This document shows positions 29,610 to 39,154 of a DNA stretch of 64,000 nucleotides, piece after piece. Source of the DNA: Minisyncoccia bacterium. GTDB lineage: Bacteria > Patescibacteriota > Minisyncoccia > Phycocordibacterales > Phycocordibacteraceae. A program made the position numbers and the translations under genes. A model generated the notes under the pieces. It saw nothing but the letters and a program-made list of their open reading frames with translations. It did no database searches and was not told the origin of the DNA. Positions within the stretch are counted from its first letter, which is position 1; each line of letters starts with the position of its first letter. The stretch spans positions 86,473 through 150,472 of the forward strand of contig JBEKII010000001.1 in assembly GCA_050011835.1 (NCBI GenBank), in the 5' to 3' direction.

Positions 29610-32438
29610 TTATACCACAAGGTTGACAATCTTGCCTGGAACATAGACCACGCGCGCTGGCTCCTTATCTCCAAGTGCGGCAATTACCGCGGGCAGTTTG
29701 AGGGCCGCGGCTAACGCTTCGGCTTCGCTTGCCTCGCTCGACAACCGAATGGTACCCCGCTTACGGCCAGCAACTTGTACGACAATTTCATTTTCAGTTG
29801 CAGCAGATAAAGAAGCGACTGGCCATGATTGTTGATGTACGCTTCCTTCCCCGCCAAGTTTTTCCCAGAAATATTCGGCGAGATGCGGTGCGAATGGCGC
29901 GAGCATAATAACGAATGATGGGAGCACGGCTTTCGGGACAATTTCTGTGGTTTCAAGTTCATTCACAAGAATCATCAAAGCCGCGATACTCGTATTGAAC
30001 TTAAATCGATCGCTGTCTTCGGCAATTTTAATGTTTGCGCGCGCAATGGCTTTTTGAATTGAGCCCGGTATCTCGGTCGTATCGTACGCGCGTCCGACGA
30101 GCCGTACGGTGCGGTCAAGAAATTTACGCATTGCGGCGACTCCTTCTAAATTCCATAGATAACTCCCCGATTCATTGTAAGGGCCAATGAACGCGAGATA
30201 CATGCGCACCGCATCGGCGCCATATTTCTGCACGAACTCATCGGGATTCACCACGTTTCCTTTGGACTTGCTCATTTTCCGGCCATCCGAGCCCATGATG
30301 AGCGCACGATTGAAACGCTCCGCGAACGGCTCTTCAACCGGCACGAGAGCGAGGTCATAAAGCGCGTGTGTGAAGAAACGCGAGTAGAGAACATGCATCG
30401 TTGTATGCTCGCTTCCTCCCGAGTAGCGATTTATCGGCAACCATTTTTCCATCAGCGCCGCATCAGAAAAATTGTACTTATCTTTTGAGTCAAGATATCG
30501 GAGAAAATACCATGAAGAGTCCACAAAGGTATCAAATGTGTCATATTCCGGCGTCCACCCTTCGCCGAAAATTTTTGTCACGCGCTTCCGCAATTCTTTT
30601 GAAGAAGCCAACGGGGCTTTGCCGGTCGGCTTAAAGTCAACATCGGTCGGCAAGAGCCAAGGTAAATGTTCGGCGGGAATCGCGTGCGGCTTCCCTTTTG
30701 GGTCATACACAATCGGTATTGGACAGCCCCAATAGCGCTGACGGCTCACGAGCCAATCGCGGATGCGGTATTGCGTTGCCTTCTCGCCCCCGACGGCTTC
30801 CACGATGTCCCATTTGGCTTCTTCGCTGTTGCGTCCGCTAAATTCACCTGAATCAATAAGAATGCCTTGCTCCGTATATACATCTATGCCGGTACGAATA
30901 CGATTGCGAATGAGCTCTATTTCAGAATGTTGGATGCGCACGGTCATAAATTCTTCGGCAGTAAGCCAGATGACTTCATGTTGCTCAGTTTCTTTCGCAG
31001 CGACAGGTTTGCGCGCATTGTCAACTAATTCAAACAAAAGCATTGAATTGCGGGCGATGCGGTTGACGCCTTTATGTGCCGCATAAAACTCGGCTTGCGC
31101 GTCACCGCCGAGTTTGCGCACAAAACGCACGTCTGTGTAGCCGGTCTCTTCGGCAATTTCGCGTTTAGCTGATGCAACAATATTTTCCCCTTCTTCAATG
31201 CCGCCCGTGACAAACGTTGTCCACGGTTGTTTTTTCCACTTCAGACAAAGATAGCGATTCGTTTTGGGATCAAAAACGACATCAATTGTTGCGCGACGAG
31301 GGACAACTTCCTTCCCGGGCTGATGCGGATTTGTCGGGTCCGGCAAGCGCGGCATAATGACATCCCGAATTGGCAGATTAAACTTTTTTGCGAATTCAAA
31401 GTCGCGTTCGTCGTGCGCGGGAACCGCCATCACCGCGCCGGCGCCGTAGGAGCCGAGAACGTAGTCGGCAACGTACACGGGAATTTTTTCCTTTGTTGCG
31501 GGGTTGATGGCTGAAATGCCTTCAAGACACACGCCGGTTTTTTCTTTATTCTCGCTACGCTCCCGTTCGGTTTTTTTATTCGTTGCGCTGACATATTCCT
31601 TAATCTGTTTTTTATTTGAAACAGCGGATAACAAAGATGAAACAAGCTGATGTTCAGGCGCGAGCACGACATACGTCGCGCCAAAGATAGTGTCTGGCCG
31701 TGTCGTGAACACTTTAATTTTCTCGTCACGACCAGCAATCGGGAATTCCAGATACGCACCTTCGCTCTTCCCGATCCATGCGCGCTGCGCTTCTTTTATC
31801 TCCTCACGCCACGGGAGCGTGTTCAAGCCGGCGAGAAGACGTTCGGCATAGTCGGTAATCTTAAGAAACCATTGTGTAAGCCGCTTCTCCTCCACCGCCG
31901 TACCGCACCGCTCGCAGCAACCGTCTATCACCTGCTCATTAGCAAGTACGGTTTGGTCTTTCGGACACCACTTGACCGGCGCCTCGCGACGCTCGGCGAG
32001 TCCATGCTCAAAAAGTTTTTCAAAGAGCCATTGTGTCCATTGATAAAAATTTGGATCGCACGTGACCACCTCTTTGCTCCAATCAAAAGATGCGCCCATT
32101 GTTGCGAGTTGCTCGCGCATCCGCGCCATATTCTTATACGTCCACTCTCTCGGATTGGCATTGTGCTTTATGGCGGCGTTTTCGGCAGGAAGACCGAAGG
32201 CGTCAAAACCAATTGGGAAAAGGACATTCTTCCCTCTCGCGCGCAACATCCGCGCATAAATATCAGTCACCGCGAAAGCATACCAATGCCCAATGTGGAG
32301 ATCTCCCGAAGGATACGGGAACTCAACGAGTAAATAATAACGCTCTCTTGATTCATCGGTAAGATTGGCCGAATAGAGACCGAGTTTTCTCCACTTCTCC
32401 CGAGCCGCTTTCTCAATTTTTGAATGATCGTATGTCAC
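29610..32438 (-). CDS. leuS: Leucyl-tRNA synthetase with an inserted Nudix domain
   Basis: FPYPSGDLHIGH, VFTTRPDT, DWLVSRQRYWG and KMSKS motifs; internal Nudix box. Confidence 0.96.
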   Translation of the reverse strand: MTYDHSKIEKAAREKWRKLGLYSANLTDESRERYYLLVEFPYPSGDLHIGHWYAFAVTDIYARMLRARGKNVLFPIGFDAFGLPAENAAIKHNANPREWTYKNMARMREQLATMGASFDWSKEVVTCDPNFYQWTQWLFEKLFEHGLAERREAPVKWCPKDQTVLANEQVIDGCCERCGTAVEEKRLTQWFLKITDYAERLLAGLNTLPWREEIKEAQRAWIGKSEGAYLEFPIAGRDEKIKVFTTRPDTIFGATYVVLAPEHQLVSSLLSAVSNKKQIKEYVSATNKKTERERSENKEKTGVCLEGISAINPATKEKIPVYVADYVLGSYGAGAVMAVPAHDERDFEFAKKFNLPIRDVIMPRLPDPTNPHQPGKEVVPRRATIDVVFDPKTNRYLCLKWKKQPWTTFVTGGIEEGENIVASAKREIAEETGYTDVRFVRKLGGDAQAEFYAAHKGVNRIARNSMLLFELVDNARKPVAAKETEQHEVIWLTAEEFMTVRIQHSEIELIRNRIRTGIDVYTEQGILIDSGEFSGRNSEEAKWDIVEAVGGEKATQYRIRDWLVSRQRYWGCPIPIVYDPKGKPHAIPAEHLPWLLPTDVDFKPTGKAPLASSKELRKRVTKIFGEGWTPEYDTFDTFVDSSWYFLRYLDSKDKYNFSDAALMEKWLPINRYSGGSEHTTMHVLYSRFFTHALYDLALVPVEEPFAERFNRALIMGSDGRKMSKSKGNVVNPDEFVQKYGADAVRMYLAFIGPYNESGSYLWNLEGVAAMRKFLDRTVRLVGRAYDTTEIPGSIQKAIARANIKIAEDSDRFKFNTSIAALMILVNELETTEIVPKAVLPSFVIMLAPFAPHLAEYFWEKLGGEGSVHQQSWPVASLSAATENEIVVQVAGRKRGTIRLSSEASEAEALAAALKLPAVIAALGDKEPARVVYVPGKIVNLVV

Positions 32439-32461
32439 GGAGAAAAATTATACCATTTATT

Positions 32462-33589
32462 TTAACCGTGAAGGAAAATCATCACGTCGCCGTCTTTGAC
32501 GATGTAGTCCTTGCCTTCAGTGCGGATTTTTGCGCTCTCGCGCGCCGCGGTCCAGCTGCCGGCGGCAAGTAGGTCGTCGGTAGAAACGACTTCGGCGCGA
32601 ATAAATTTATTCGCGAAGTCGGTATGAATGGCGGCGCCCGCAACGGGCGCCGTGCTGCCTTTCTTAATCGTCCAGGCGCGCGTTTCATCAGCGCCAGTTG
32701 TAAAAAATGATATGAGGCCGAGTGTATCGTATGCGCTGCGAATAAATCCCGCAAGGCCGTCTTCTTGTACGCCGAATTCTTGACGGAATCTTTCACGGTC
32801 TTCGTCCGCAACATCATTCAGTTCCCGTTCAGTCGCGGCATCTAAAAACACATATCGTGAGCCGAGTGCGCGAATAAGCTCATACGCTCTTGCCGCACGA
32901 CCGTCGTGGAGTTCATCCAGATTATGTCCGCCATTTTTCTTATTAAGCGCGTAAAGAATCGGCTTCACAGTCAGAAGATTCAAATGGGCGATACGATTGC
33001 GTTCCTCGTCGCTTAGTCCGGCGTGGAGCGCGAGCTTTCCCGCCGCAAAACTTCGTTCAAGTTTGGCGAGTACGGCATCTTCGGCAATTGCATCTTTTCC
33101 TCCGGAGGCGGATCCGCCTTTGGCGGACACCCCTGCTTTAACATCGCGCACAAGCTTATCGCGCCGTTTTTTAACTTGTTCAACATCGGCAAGCATAAGC
33201 TCAAGATTGATAATTTCTATATCCTTGTAGGGCTCAATATTCTTCTCTATGTGCACGATGTTTGGGTCGTCAAAGAAACGTACAATCTGAAGAATCGCGT
33301 CGGCCTCACGAATATTCGCGAGAAATTGATTCCCCAATCCTTCGCCTTCCGCTGCGCCTTTCACCAAACCCGCGATGTCCACAAACTCTATCGCCGCCGG
33401 AATCGTTTTGGCTGATTTTGAAAGTTCTGCGAGCTTAAGGAGACGGGCATCCGGCACGCCGACCACTCCAACCGAAGGGTCAATCGTGCAGAATGGATAA
33501 TTCTCCGCCGGCACGGAGGCTTTCGTGAGCGCATTAAAAAGCGTGGACTTCCCCACGTTCGGCAATCCTACGATTCCGATTTTTAACAT
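32462..33589 (-). CDS. ychF: Ribosome-binding ATPase YchF
   Basis: GIVGLPNVGKSTLFN, NYPFCTI and DIAGLV motifs; TGS domain. Confidence 0.97.
   Translation of the reverse strand: MLKIGIVGLPNVGKSTLFNALTKASVPAENYPFCTIDPSVGVVGVPDARLLKLAELSKSAKTIPAAIEFVDIAGLVKGAAEGEGLGNQFLANIREADAILQIVRFFDDPNIVHIEKNIEPYKDIEIINLELMLADVEQVKKRRDKLVRDVKAGVSAKGGSASGGKDAIAEDAVLAKLERSFAAGKLALHAGLSDEERNRIAHLNLLTVKPILYALNKKNGGHNLDELHDGRAARAYELIRALGSRYVFLDAATERELNDVADEDRERFRQEFGVQEDGLAGFIRSAYDTLGLISFFTTGADETRAWTIKKGSTAPVAGAAIHTDFANKFIRAEVVSTDDLLAAGSWTAARESAKIRTEGKDYIVKDGDVMIFLHG
33098..33127. repeat. 30-bp double palindromic element, in frame inside ychF
   Basis: Minus strand TCCGCC-AAA-GGCGGA-TCCGCC-TCC-GGAGGA encodes SAKGGSASGG. 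Confidence 0.75.
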
Positions 33590-33593
33590 GTAT

Positions 33594-34325
33594 CTACCCT
33601 AGGTCTCCTTTATCTTTTATGCAAGATGGGAAATCAGATAACTCGCATATTTTTTCAACAATTTTTTGTAAAGAATCCGGTCGTTCATCGAGCCATTTTG
33701 CCAAGGAATGTGTCGCGCCTTCCACAATTACTATTTCCCTGGACTTTGCATTTTGAGCAGAATCATAAATTTCCTCAATCACCTCATGCGGAACAATTTG
33801 ATCTTTTTCAGCCTTATATATCAAAAGATTATTTTTATAATTTTCTAAAATTTTCCAAGCATCGGTTTCCCGCCAACTGAAAGAACTCCTAATTATTTCT
33901 GTAAATGACGGTCCGAATGGAACGCCATAGGCCTTCGTTGCATACACAGCAGGAGCTAACAATATTAGATTTTTGACCTTATATAATTCTGTTAATTTGA
34001 TCGCGACATAACTACCCATACTCGATGCAACTATTGAGAGTGGCTGCGACACTTTCTGTGAATCAATGATGGCCGATGCTTGAGCAACTCTACTTTCCAG
34101 GGAAAATCCAGCCAAATTGCCTCCCGTTTCCCCGTGACCGATGAAATCAAAAGAACATGATGTAATTCCTTTGTTTGCCAAAAGGTTTCTTAATTGCTCG
34201 AACCTCTTTCTATCGCCCGAACCGGCTCCGTGAAGAAAAAGCCATTGAGGTTGAGTATCCGTATGGATGGTGTCGCCAGCCAGCACCATCCCATTAAAAC
34301 TGACTTTGAAAGATTTCCTTTTCAT
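33594..34325 (-). CDS. Alpha/beta hydrolase
   Basis: FLHGAG, DFIGHG, ASSMG nucleophile elbow and catalytic His (GATH). Confidence 0.85.
   Translation of the reverse strand: MKRKSFKVSFNGMVLAGDTIHTDTQPQWLFLHGAGSGDRKRFEQLRNLLANKGITSCSFDFIGHGETGGNLAGFSLESRVAQASAIIDSQKVSQPLSIVASSMGSYVAIKLTELYKVKNLILLAPAVYATKAYGVPFGPSFTEIIRSSFSWRETDAWKILENYKNNLLIYKAEKDQIVPHEVIEEIYDSAQNAKSREIVIVEGATHSLAKWLDERPDSLQKIVEKICELSDFPSCIKDKGDLG
33598..33625. repeat. 28-bp imperfect direct repeat, copy 1 (copy 2 at 35195-35222)
   Basis: cctaggtctcctttatcttttatgcaag vs cctatgtctcccttatcctttatgcagg (4 mismatches). Confidence 0.75.
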
Positions 34326-35194
34326 TGACGTAAAAAGTCGGCAAGTATAGTTGCCGTGGTTCGTATACTGTCATTATCAACTACGTTTGCGCCTTCTGAT
34401 ATACCGATTCTTCGAAAATTATGAGCCACTCCAGGAATGGTAGTGAATTTTATATTCGCCCCTTCATCCGACAATCGTTGTGCAAAAGTCTTATAGAAAT
34501 CTTGTATGTGTTTAGGAATTGGCGGATCATCTGCCTCAAAGAAACTAATGAAAATCGAACCGTCATTTTTTATATATTTTTCAAGTACGGGGAAAACAGG
34601 CGACTCAGCAACATTCCAATCTTCACGAATAATTCTACTAAAGGATTCTCCATACGGTATATTCTCTATACTTTTTGGAAATGCTGCGGGAGAAAGTAGC
34701 ACTATTTTAGGAACTTTTATTTCCAAGTTTTCTAATTGCTCAAGCGCATTAATGGCCATGTAAGCTCCGGCACTTGTACCGATGAGCGAAAGATTTGAGG
34801 ATTTTGTACGGTCATAAAAATATTTTGATGTTTCTACAAGAACTTCCGTTCGAGACTGAAAAGTTTCTTTTTCCCATTTGCCGGTTGAGCCGCCCGTAGC
34901 AGGCTGATTATATAAAAGACTTGATTCGGCCTGGTCAAGCATTTTGAGAGCGAGATGGCCATACAACTTATTTATTAGAGGTAACTTTTTACGACGTTCA
35001 GGATCGCGAGGGACACCTCCTACCATAGTTATTAACGGAGAATATTCTGGTCCGCGTGCCAACGCACACCTTATTTCTCTTCCTCCAATTACAACCTTCT
35101 CAACCTCAAACTTCCCGGTTTTTAACCACTCTATTTCTGACTGAGGAAGGTAATCCGCTCTGTTTCCCCCCTTTTCGTGTTTAAATTTTTCCAT
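34322..35194 (-). CDS. Alpha/beta hydrolase-like protein
   Basis: GTSAG elbow, LLSPA and GVAH motifs. Confidence 0.7.
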   Translation of the reverse strand: MEKFKHEKGGNRADYLPQSEIEWLKTGKFEVEKVVIGGREIRCALARGPEYSPLITMVGGVPRDPERRKKLPLINKLYGHLALKMLDQAESSLLYNQPATGGSTGKWEKETFQSRTEVLVETSKYFYDRTKSSNLSLIGTSAGAYMAINALEQLENLEIKVPKIVLLSPAAFPKSIENIPYGESFSRIIREDWNVAESPVFPVLEKYIKNDGSIFISFFEADDPPIPKHIQDFYKTFAQRLSDEGANIKFTTIPGVAHNFRRIGISEGANVVDNDSIRTTATILADFLRQ

Positions 35195-35206
35195 CCTATG
35201 TCTCCC

Positions 35207-35710
35207 TTATCCTTTATGCAGGGCGAGAAGGCGAACGTAATAAAGCACCGCGTAGATAACCGCCGTGAGCACCACATACAACGCAATAGCGGAAGCGAAA
35301 GAGAGCGCCGGCAGCTGGCCGAGTGTAAGATACGCAAGAAGCCACCATGCCGTGAGGGCGGCGGCGGAACCGAGCGCGAAGGAAATGTGCCGTCGCGAAA
35401 GCGCCCAAGAAATACCGATAATCAAAAGTGTAAACGCGATAAAAATCCAGTAACTCGTGGTCAGCGCTGGCTGCGGCGCTTCATGAAGCGCATATGAAAT
35501 AACGATGAGTACAAACGAAGCGAGCAGTGAAAGCGTCATGCCGAAACGCAGCCCCTTCCCGATGACGCGCAGGTGAGCGCGCTCGGCTGCATTTATATTA
35601 CCGTCGCGCATCGCATGAATATACGCGAGCTCGCCCCACACTGCCGTACACACGCCGACACACGCCCCGAGCGCCTGACAGAAAAAAAGAAAGAGGATGA
35701 GGGCAATCAT
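35207..35710 (-). CDS. Hypothetical membrane protein
   Basis: About five hydrophobic segments. Confidence 0.7.
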   Translation of the reverse strand: MIALILFLFFCQALGACVGVCTAVWGELAYIHAMRDGNINAAERAHLRVIGKGLRFGMTLSLLASFVLIVISYALHEAPQPALTTSYWIFIAFTLLIIGISWALSRRHISFALGSAAALTAWWLLAYLTLGQLPALSFASAIALYVVLTAVIYAVLYYVRLLALHKG

Positions 35711-35711
35711 A

Positions 35712-35978
35712 TTATTTCTGCCTGCTCGAACGACCGAAGTCATTCGGGCGGGCGGGCATAAGCGCGGCGAGCTCGGCGCGATGTTTCTTCATCACTTCCA
35801 TCGCCGCCTTCATTTCATTCTCGCCGCCTTTCTTCCGCCGCTCAATTTCCTCACCGATCATTTTAAAGAGCTTTGGGTCTTTAGAAATAAGTTCGGTCAT
35901 CTGCTCACGCTGCGCCTGCGGCATATCCTTCAGCTTCCATTTGGCGTATTGGTTGAAAAGAAAACTTTGTACAGACAT
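35712..35978 (-). CDS. Hypothetical protein
   Basis: 88 aa helical, charged ORF tightly packed in the operon. Confidence 0.65.
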   Translation of the reverse strand: MSVQSFLFNQYAKWKLKDMPQAQREQMTELISKDPKLFKMIGEEIERRKKGGENEMKAAMEVMKKHRAELAALMPARPNDFGRSSRQK

Positions 35979-35987
35979 ACAAAAATT

Positions 35988-36419
35988 TTAAGAAAAATCC
36001 GACCGTAAGAAGATACCGCGAATGGTCCGCGTCGTAAAGTAAAGTGCCATGAGCGAAAGAAGCATAAGTGCTTCAATAAAAACGAAAGACAAGTCAAAGA
36101 AACTCAACCCTGCACGATAATGCGCAACAGCGGCTGTACCGAAAAGAAGCGTTCCGATGATGGCGAGAAGCGCATTTATCCAGTGTATCCACGATTGTGT
36201 TGGATTTGTAATCCCCGCCGCAACCACAAGTATTACTGCCGAGATAACCGCACCGGTTGATGAAAGCGGAAGTTCAGCGCCTGTGGACTGACCAATAATA
36301 AGTACGAGCGCGCCGATGACGAAAAGCGCCCGAACGGCATCGCCGTGATAATGCGGTATTTCGCGGCGAGGCGGGACTTTTACTATACTGCCGTCGCCGT
36401 CACCACCATCTTCGGACAT
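35988..36419 (-). CDS. Hypothetical membrane protein
   Basis: Four TM segments; start 8 nt after TATACT. Confidence 0.7.
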   Translation of the reverse strand: MSEDGGDGDGSIVKVPPRREIPHYHGDAVRALFVIGALVLIIGQSTGAELPLSSTGAVISAVILVVAAGITNPTQSWIHWINALLAIIGTLLFGTAAVAHYRAGLSFFDLSFVFIEALMLLSLMALYFTTRTIRGIFLRSDFS

Positions 36420-36527
36420 ACACTCTAAGTATACGCCCTGTGGACATTTGTGGGCAGGAGGCAAGACCCCTGTTTATAAGGTATACTAGACAAGCAGTTA
36501 GTATTAATACCATTATTTTATATTCAT

Positions 36528-36779
36528 ATGGCAATAAATTCAGCTTTATCAAAGCCGCTCAAGCTCTCTCCCGAACTTGAGGAGGTTGTGGGCAAGGGTC
36601 CGCTCCCCAGAACCGAAGTGGTTAAGAAGCTTTGGGAATACATCAAGAAGAACAACCTTCAAAATCCTAAAAATAAACGGAACATCCTCGCGGATGAGAA
36701 ATTGAAGGCGATATTCGGAGGCAAGAACGAAGTTACAATGTTTGAAATGACGAAGCTCGTCTCGGCACACTTGAAATAA
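36528..36779 (+). CDS. Stand-alone SWIB/MDM2 domain protein
   Basis: LSPEL..VVG...RTEVVKKLWEYIKKNNLQNP.NKR.I.AD..L...MFEM.K. Confidence 0.92.
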   Translation: MAINSALSKPLKLSPELEEVVGKGPLPRTEVVKKLWEYIKKNNLQNPKNKRNILADEKLKAIFGGKNEVTMFEMTKLVSAHLK

Positions 36780-36798
36780 GTATCGTTGTATTCCAAAC

Positions 36799-36827
36799 CA
36801 ACCGGCTGCCTTATTGACGGCCGGTTG
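36799..36827. terminator. Hairpin between convergent genes
   Basis: caaccggctg...cggccggttg inverted repeat. Confidence 0.55.
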
Positions 36828-36832
36828 TGACG

Positions 36833-37606
36833 TTATTGATATTCGGATTTTAAGATACGTGATAGTCCGGAAAGTGGGATACGTAGTGTTTGAGGGCCGG
36901 CAGCATAAGGACCGACTTGATAAGGAGGAAAGAGAATACCAAAGTCTTGATTATCGAAGAAGAAGTTCTCAAAGTTCGAATCTTTTGGCGTTGTCCCGTT
37001 ATTAATAAAACTCATATCAGCACCGCTACCGATAACATTAGGAAGCCGAGCACGACTTATTGTTGAGAGAGTATCAAGGTAAGAAGTTCCTGGCATAAAG
37101 ATATCGGCGAGTGTGAGTAGAGCGCCAGTTGAAGTGTCAAAAGTGAATGTATGGAAGAGTATATTGCTGTGCACCCCGCCGGTATCTTCATAGATAGTGA
37201 AAATATACGAGACTGTATGAGGTGACGACCCAATCAGGTAGTTAATTTGGAGAGCCTCTTTGTTACTTTGGCTAAGACCCGCTGTCTTTATTTCATCTGG
37301 CGTAAGGTTTGCGAAATTACCATCGGTTTTAAACTGCACGATTGTGTCGCTCACAAACTTCTTCATTAATGCAACGGCGGCTGCGTTTGCCGAGGATCCA
37401 ACATCAAGAAGAAGTGCCGTACTTGAAGCATAATTGACGGCAATATCATAATACGTACCGTGTTCAGTGTAGCTGGTCGCTTCTAATGCGGGAGCTTTGA
37501 TTGCCCCATTATTTTCCCCGACAGATGGCCTCATTGCTGCATAAAAAATAATTCCACAAAGAATTACAACGATAAAAATTCCACCAAGAATCATTTTCTT
37601 TCCCAT
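36833..37606 (-). CDS. RsiV/DUF3298-like membrane-anchored protein
   Basis: N-terminal TM; TGGVH, FDTSTG.LLTLADIF and FPPYQVGPYAAG motifs. Confidence 0.8.
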   Translation of the reverse strand: MGKKMILGGIFIVVILCGIIFYAAMRPSVGENNGAIKAPALEATSYTEHGTYYDIAVNYASSTALLLDVGSSANAAAVALMKKFVSDTIVQFKTDGNFANLTPDEIKTAGLSQSNKEALQINYLIGSSPHTVSYIFTIYEDTGGVHSNILFHTFTFDTSTGALLTLADIFMPGTSYLDTLSTISRARLPNVIGSGADMSFINNGTTPKDSNFENFFFDNQDFGILFPPYQVGPYAAGPQTLRIPLSGLSRILKSEYQ

Positions 37607-37680
37607 ATACCACATAGTGTACCCTGTAACGAAATGAAATTCTAGAATATCCTTTCGCGAACCATTTCGGCAGATGAGTT

Positions 37681-37768
37681 GTGGACCTCAACGAAGCTGA
37701 TTGGAATCAGATTATCAATGAAATACGGTTATTAGCGGGACTCGCGGGGCAGTTTTAGTTCTACAAAA
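37681..37768. repeat. Cassette end repeat A, copy 1
   Basis: gtggacctcaacgaagctgattggaatcagat..., about 88 bp, repeated at 38407; begins with the tRNA-Ala acceptor core GTGGACC. Confidence 0.9.
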
Positions 37769-37834
37769 TATAAATGAAAACAGCACCCTTGCGGATGCTG
37801 CTGTATCACCTCCTTCCTTTTTATTTTTACTCAT

Positions 37835-38302
37835 CTAAATGGCTAATGCGCAACCAAACTTCGGCGCACTCAGCATTTTGCAGAGTTCCGGCGGGAAGTT
37901 GTACAACCCCCTGCTCGTCATACCGATCGAAGCTGAAATACCGAAGCAGTCCATAGGTCCCTCTTTGTGGAGGATCATCCCGAGGAGTCCTTCGTTGCTA
38001 GCGCGGGTCTTTGGGTTGTTGTAGAAGTCCACCGCAAGTTCCACAATCATCGAGAAGAAAAAGCCGTATTCGTCCTTCGTGAGTTTGATGTTCGCGTTGT
38101 CACGCTTCACCGTGATTTGGAAGAGGCATCGGATTTCATTCTCGTCCTTGGCCAGCTCCATACTGTCGAGCTGTGCGATCGGAATCCCAAACACGAGCTC
38201 GTAGTCAAGTTTGGTGTCAGCGATCTTCACGTATCCTCTATAATGGCTTCCATTGCAAACTTGCTCGACGCGCAATTCAACCGAAACTTTTCTCGCTGTC
38301 AT
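37835..38302 (-). CDS. Hypothetical protein (cassette cargo)
   Basis: MTARKV start after AGGAG SD; own promoter and downstream hairpin. Confidence 0.7.
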   Translation of the reverse strand: MTARKVSVELRVEQVCNGSHYRGYVKIADTKLDYELVFGIPIAQLDSMELAKDENEIRCLFQITVKRDNANIKLTKDEYGFFFSMIVELAVDFYNNPKTRASNEGLLGMILHKEGPMDCFGISASIGMTSRGLYNFPPELCKMLSAPKFGCALAI

Positions 38303-38371
38303 AGCCTTCTCCTTTTTGCTTCGACTATCCGTCAAAGCAGTTTTTATTTGCGGGAACAACTCTCTGCAGCC

Positions 38372-38399
38372 AGTATACACAATGTAAGTTATTTGTCAA
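38372..38399 (-). promoter_or_regulatory. Sigma70 promoter of the cassette gene
   Basis: TTGACA-N16-TATACT abutting repeat A copy 2. Confidence 0.6.
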
Positions 38400-38406
38400 C
38401 ACCTTT

Positions 38407-38494
38407 GTGGACCTCAACGAAGCTGATTGGAATCAGATCATCAAAGAAGTACGGATTTTCGCTAGCCTCGCGGGACAGCTTTAGTTTTACAGAA
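38407..38494. repeat. Cassette end repeat A, copy 2
   Basis: First 32 nt identical to copy 1; remainder diverged but alignable. Confidence 0.9.
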
Positions 38495-38571
38495 AAAAGA
38501 AAGCCATTGGATAAGATCCAATGGCTTCAGTACTTGATACAAAAAATCTTTTGATGTCAGGCGACAAAAGA

Positions 38572-39066
38572 TTACTCTTGCGCCTCTTGTGCCGCCACCA
38601 TACCAGCGAGCAGGCCGAGCACTGCCTCGAAGAAATCTCTACGGCCATTGTCATCGTACGTAAGGACAATCTGGTGGCCGTGCCTCATCGCCAGGCCTGT
38701 GCTATTGGCCTCATCGAATTTAGCGAAGCGAGTCCTGATATTCTCCCGTACCAGGTTATCGGCTATTTTGTAACGACTCCGACAACTTTCAAGCTCTGTA
38801 TCCAGTTTGGCCCGTTCCTTAGAGTCGAGGGGCTCAATTCTTCTACGATGGAAACGATTAACAATCTTTTCTTCGGTCGCAGCATACTTTTCACACAGGG
38901 AATAGAGCGCCCTTTCCAGCTCATTCATTTCCCCGACTACCTTCTCACCAGGAGCTACTTGCTTCATGATGTCGGTAAATTGCCCGCTCCGCATAGCCTC
39001 AAAAAGCTCCTCAATGAAAGTACCTTTCAAAGCCTCGCTACCGAGAATTGCCAACTTTCCTTTCAT
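38572..39066 (-). CDS. Hypothetical coiled-coil protein (cassette cargo)
   Basis: AAGGAG SD; hairpin aagccattgga-taaga-tccaatggctt downstream. Confidence 0.7.
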   Translation of the reverse strand: MKGKLAILGSEALKGTFIEELFEAMRSGQFTDIMKQVAPGEKVVGEMNELERALYSLCEKYAATEEKIVNRFHRRRIEPLDSKERAKLDTELESCRSRYKIADNLVRENIRTRFAKFDEANSTGLAMRHGHQIVLTYDDNGRRDFFEAVLGLLAGMVAAQEAQE

Positions 39067-39154
39067 TTCTCTGCTCCTTTCTCCTTACTTGATTTTTTGG
39101 GTCTGTTACAACATCTATCTAAATGTAAGCATAATGGCTAAAATATGTCAAGAT

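Larger units (their letters stand above)
37681..39154. mobile_element. Two-unit tandem gene-cassette array at the tRNA-Ala(GGC) 3' end
   Basis: Arrangement is repeat-gene-repeat-gene-tRNA; no integrase within. Confidence 0.65.
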
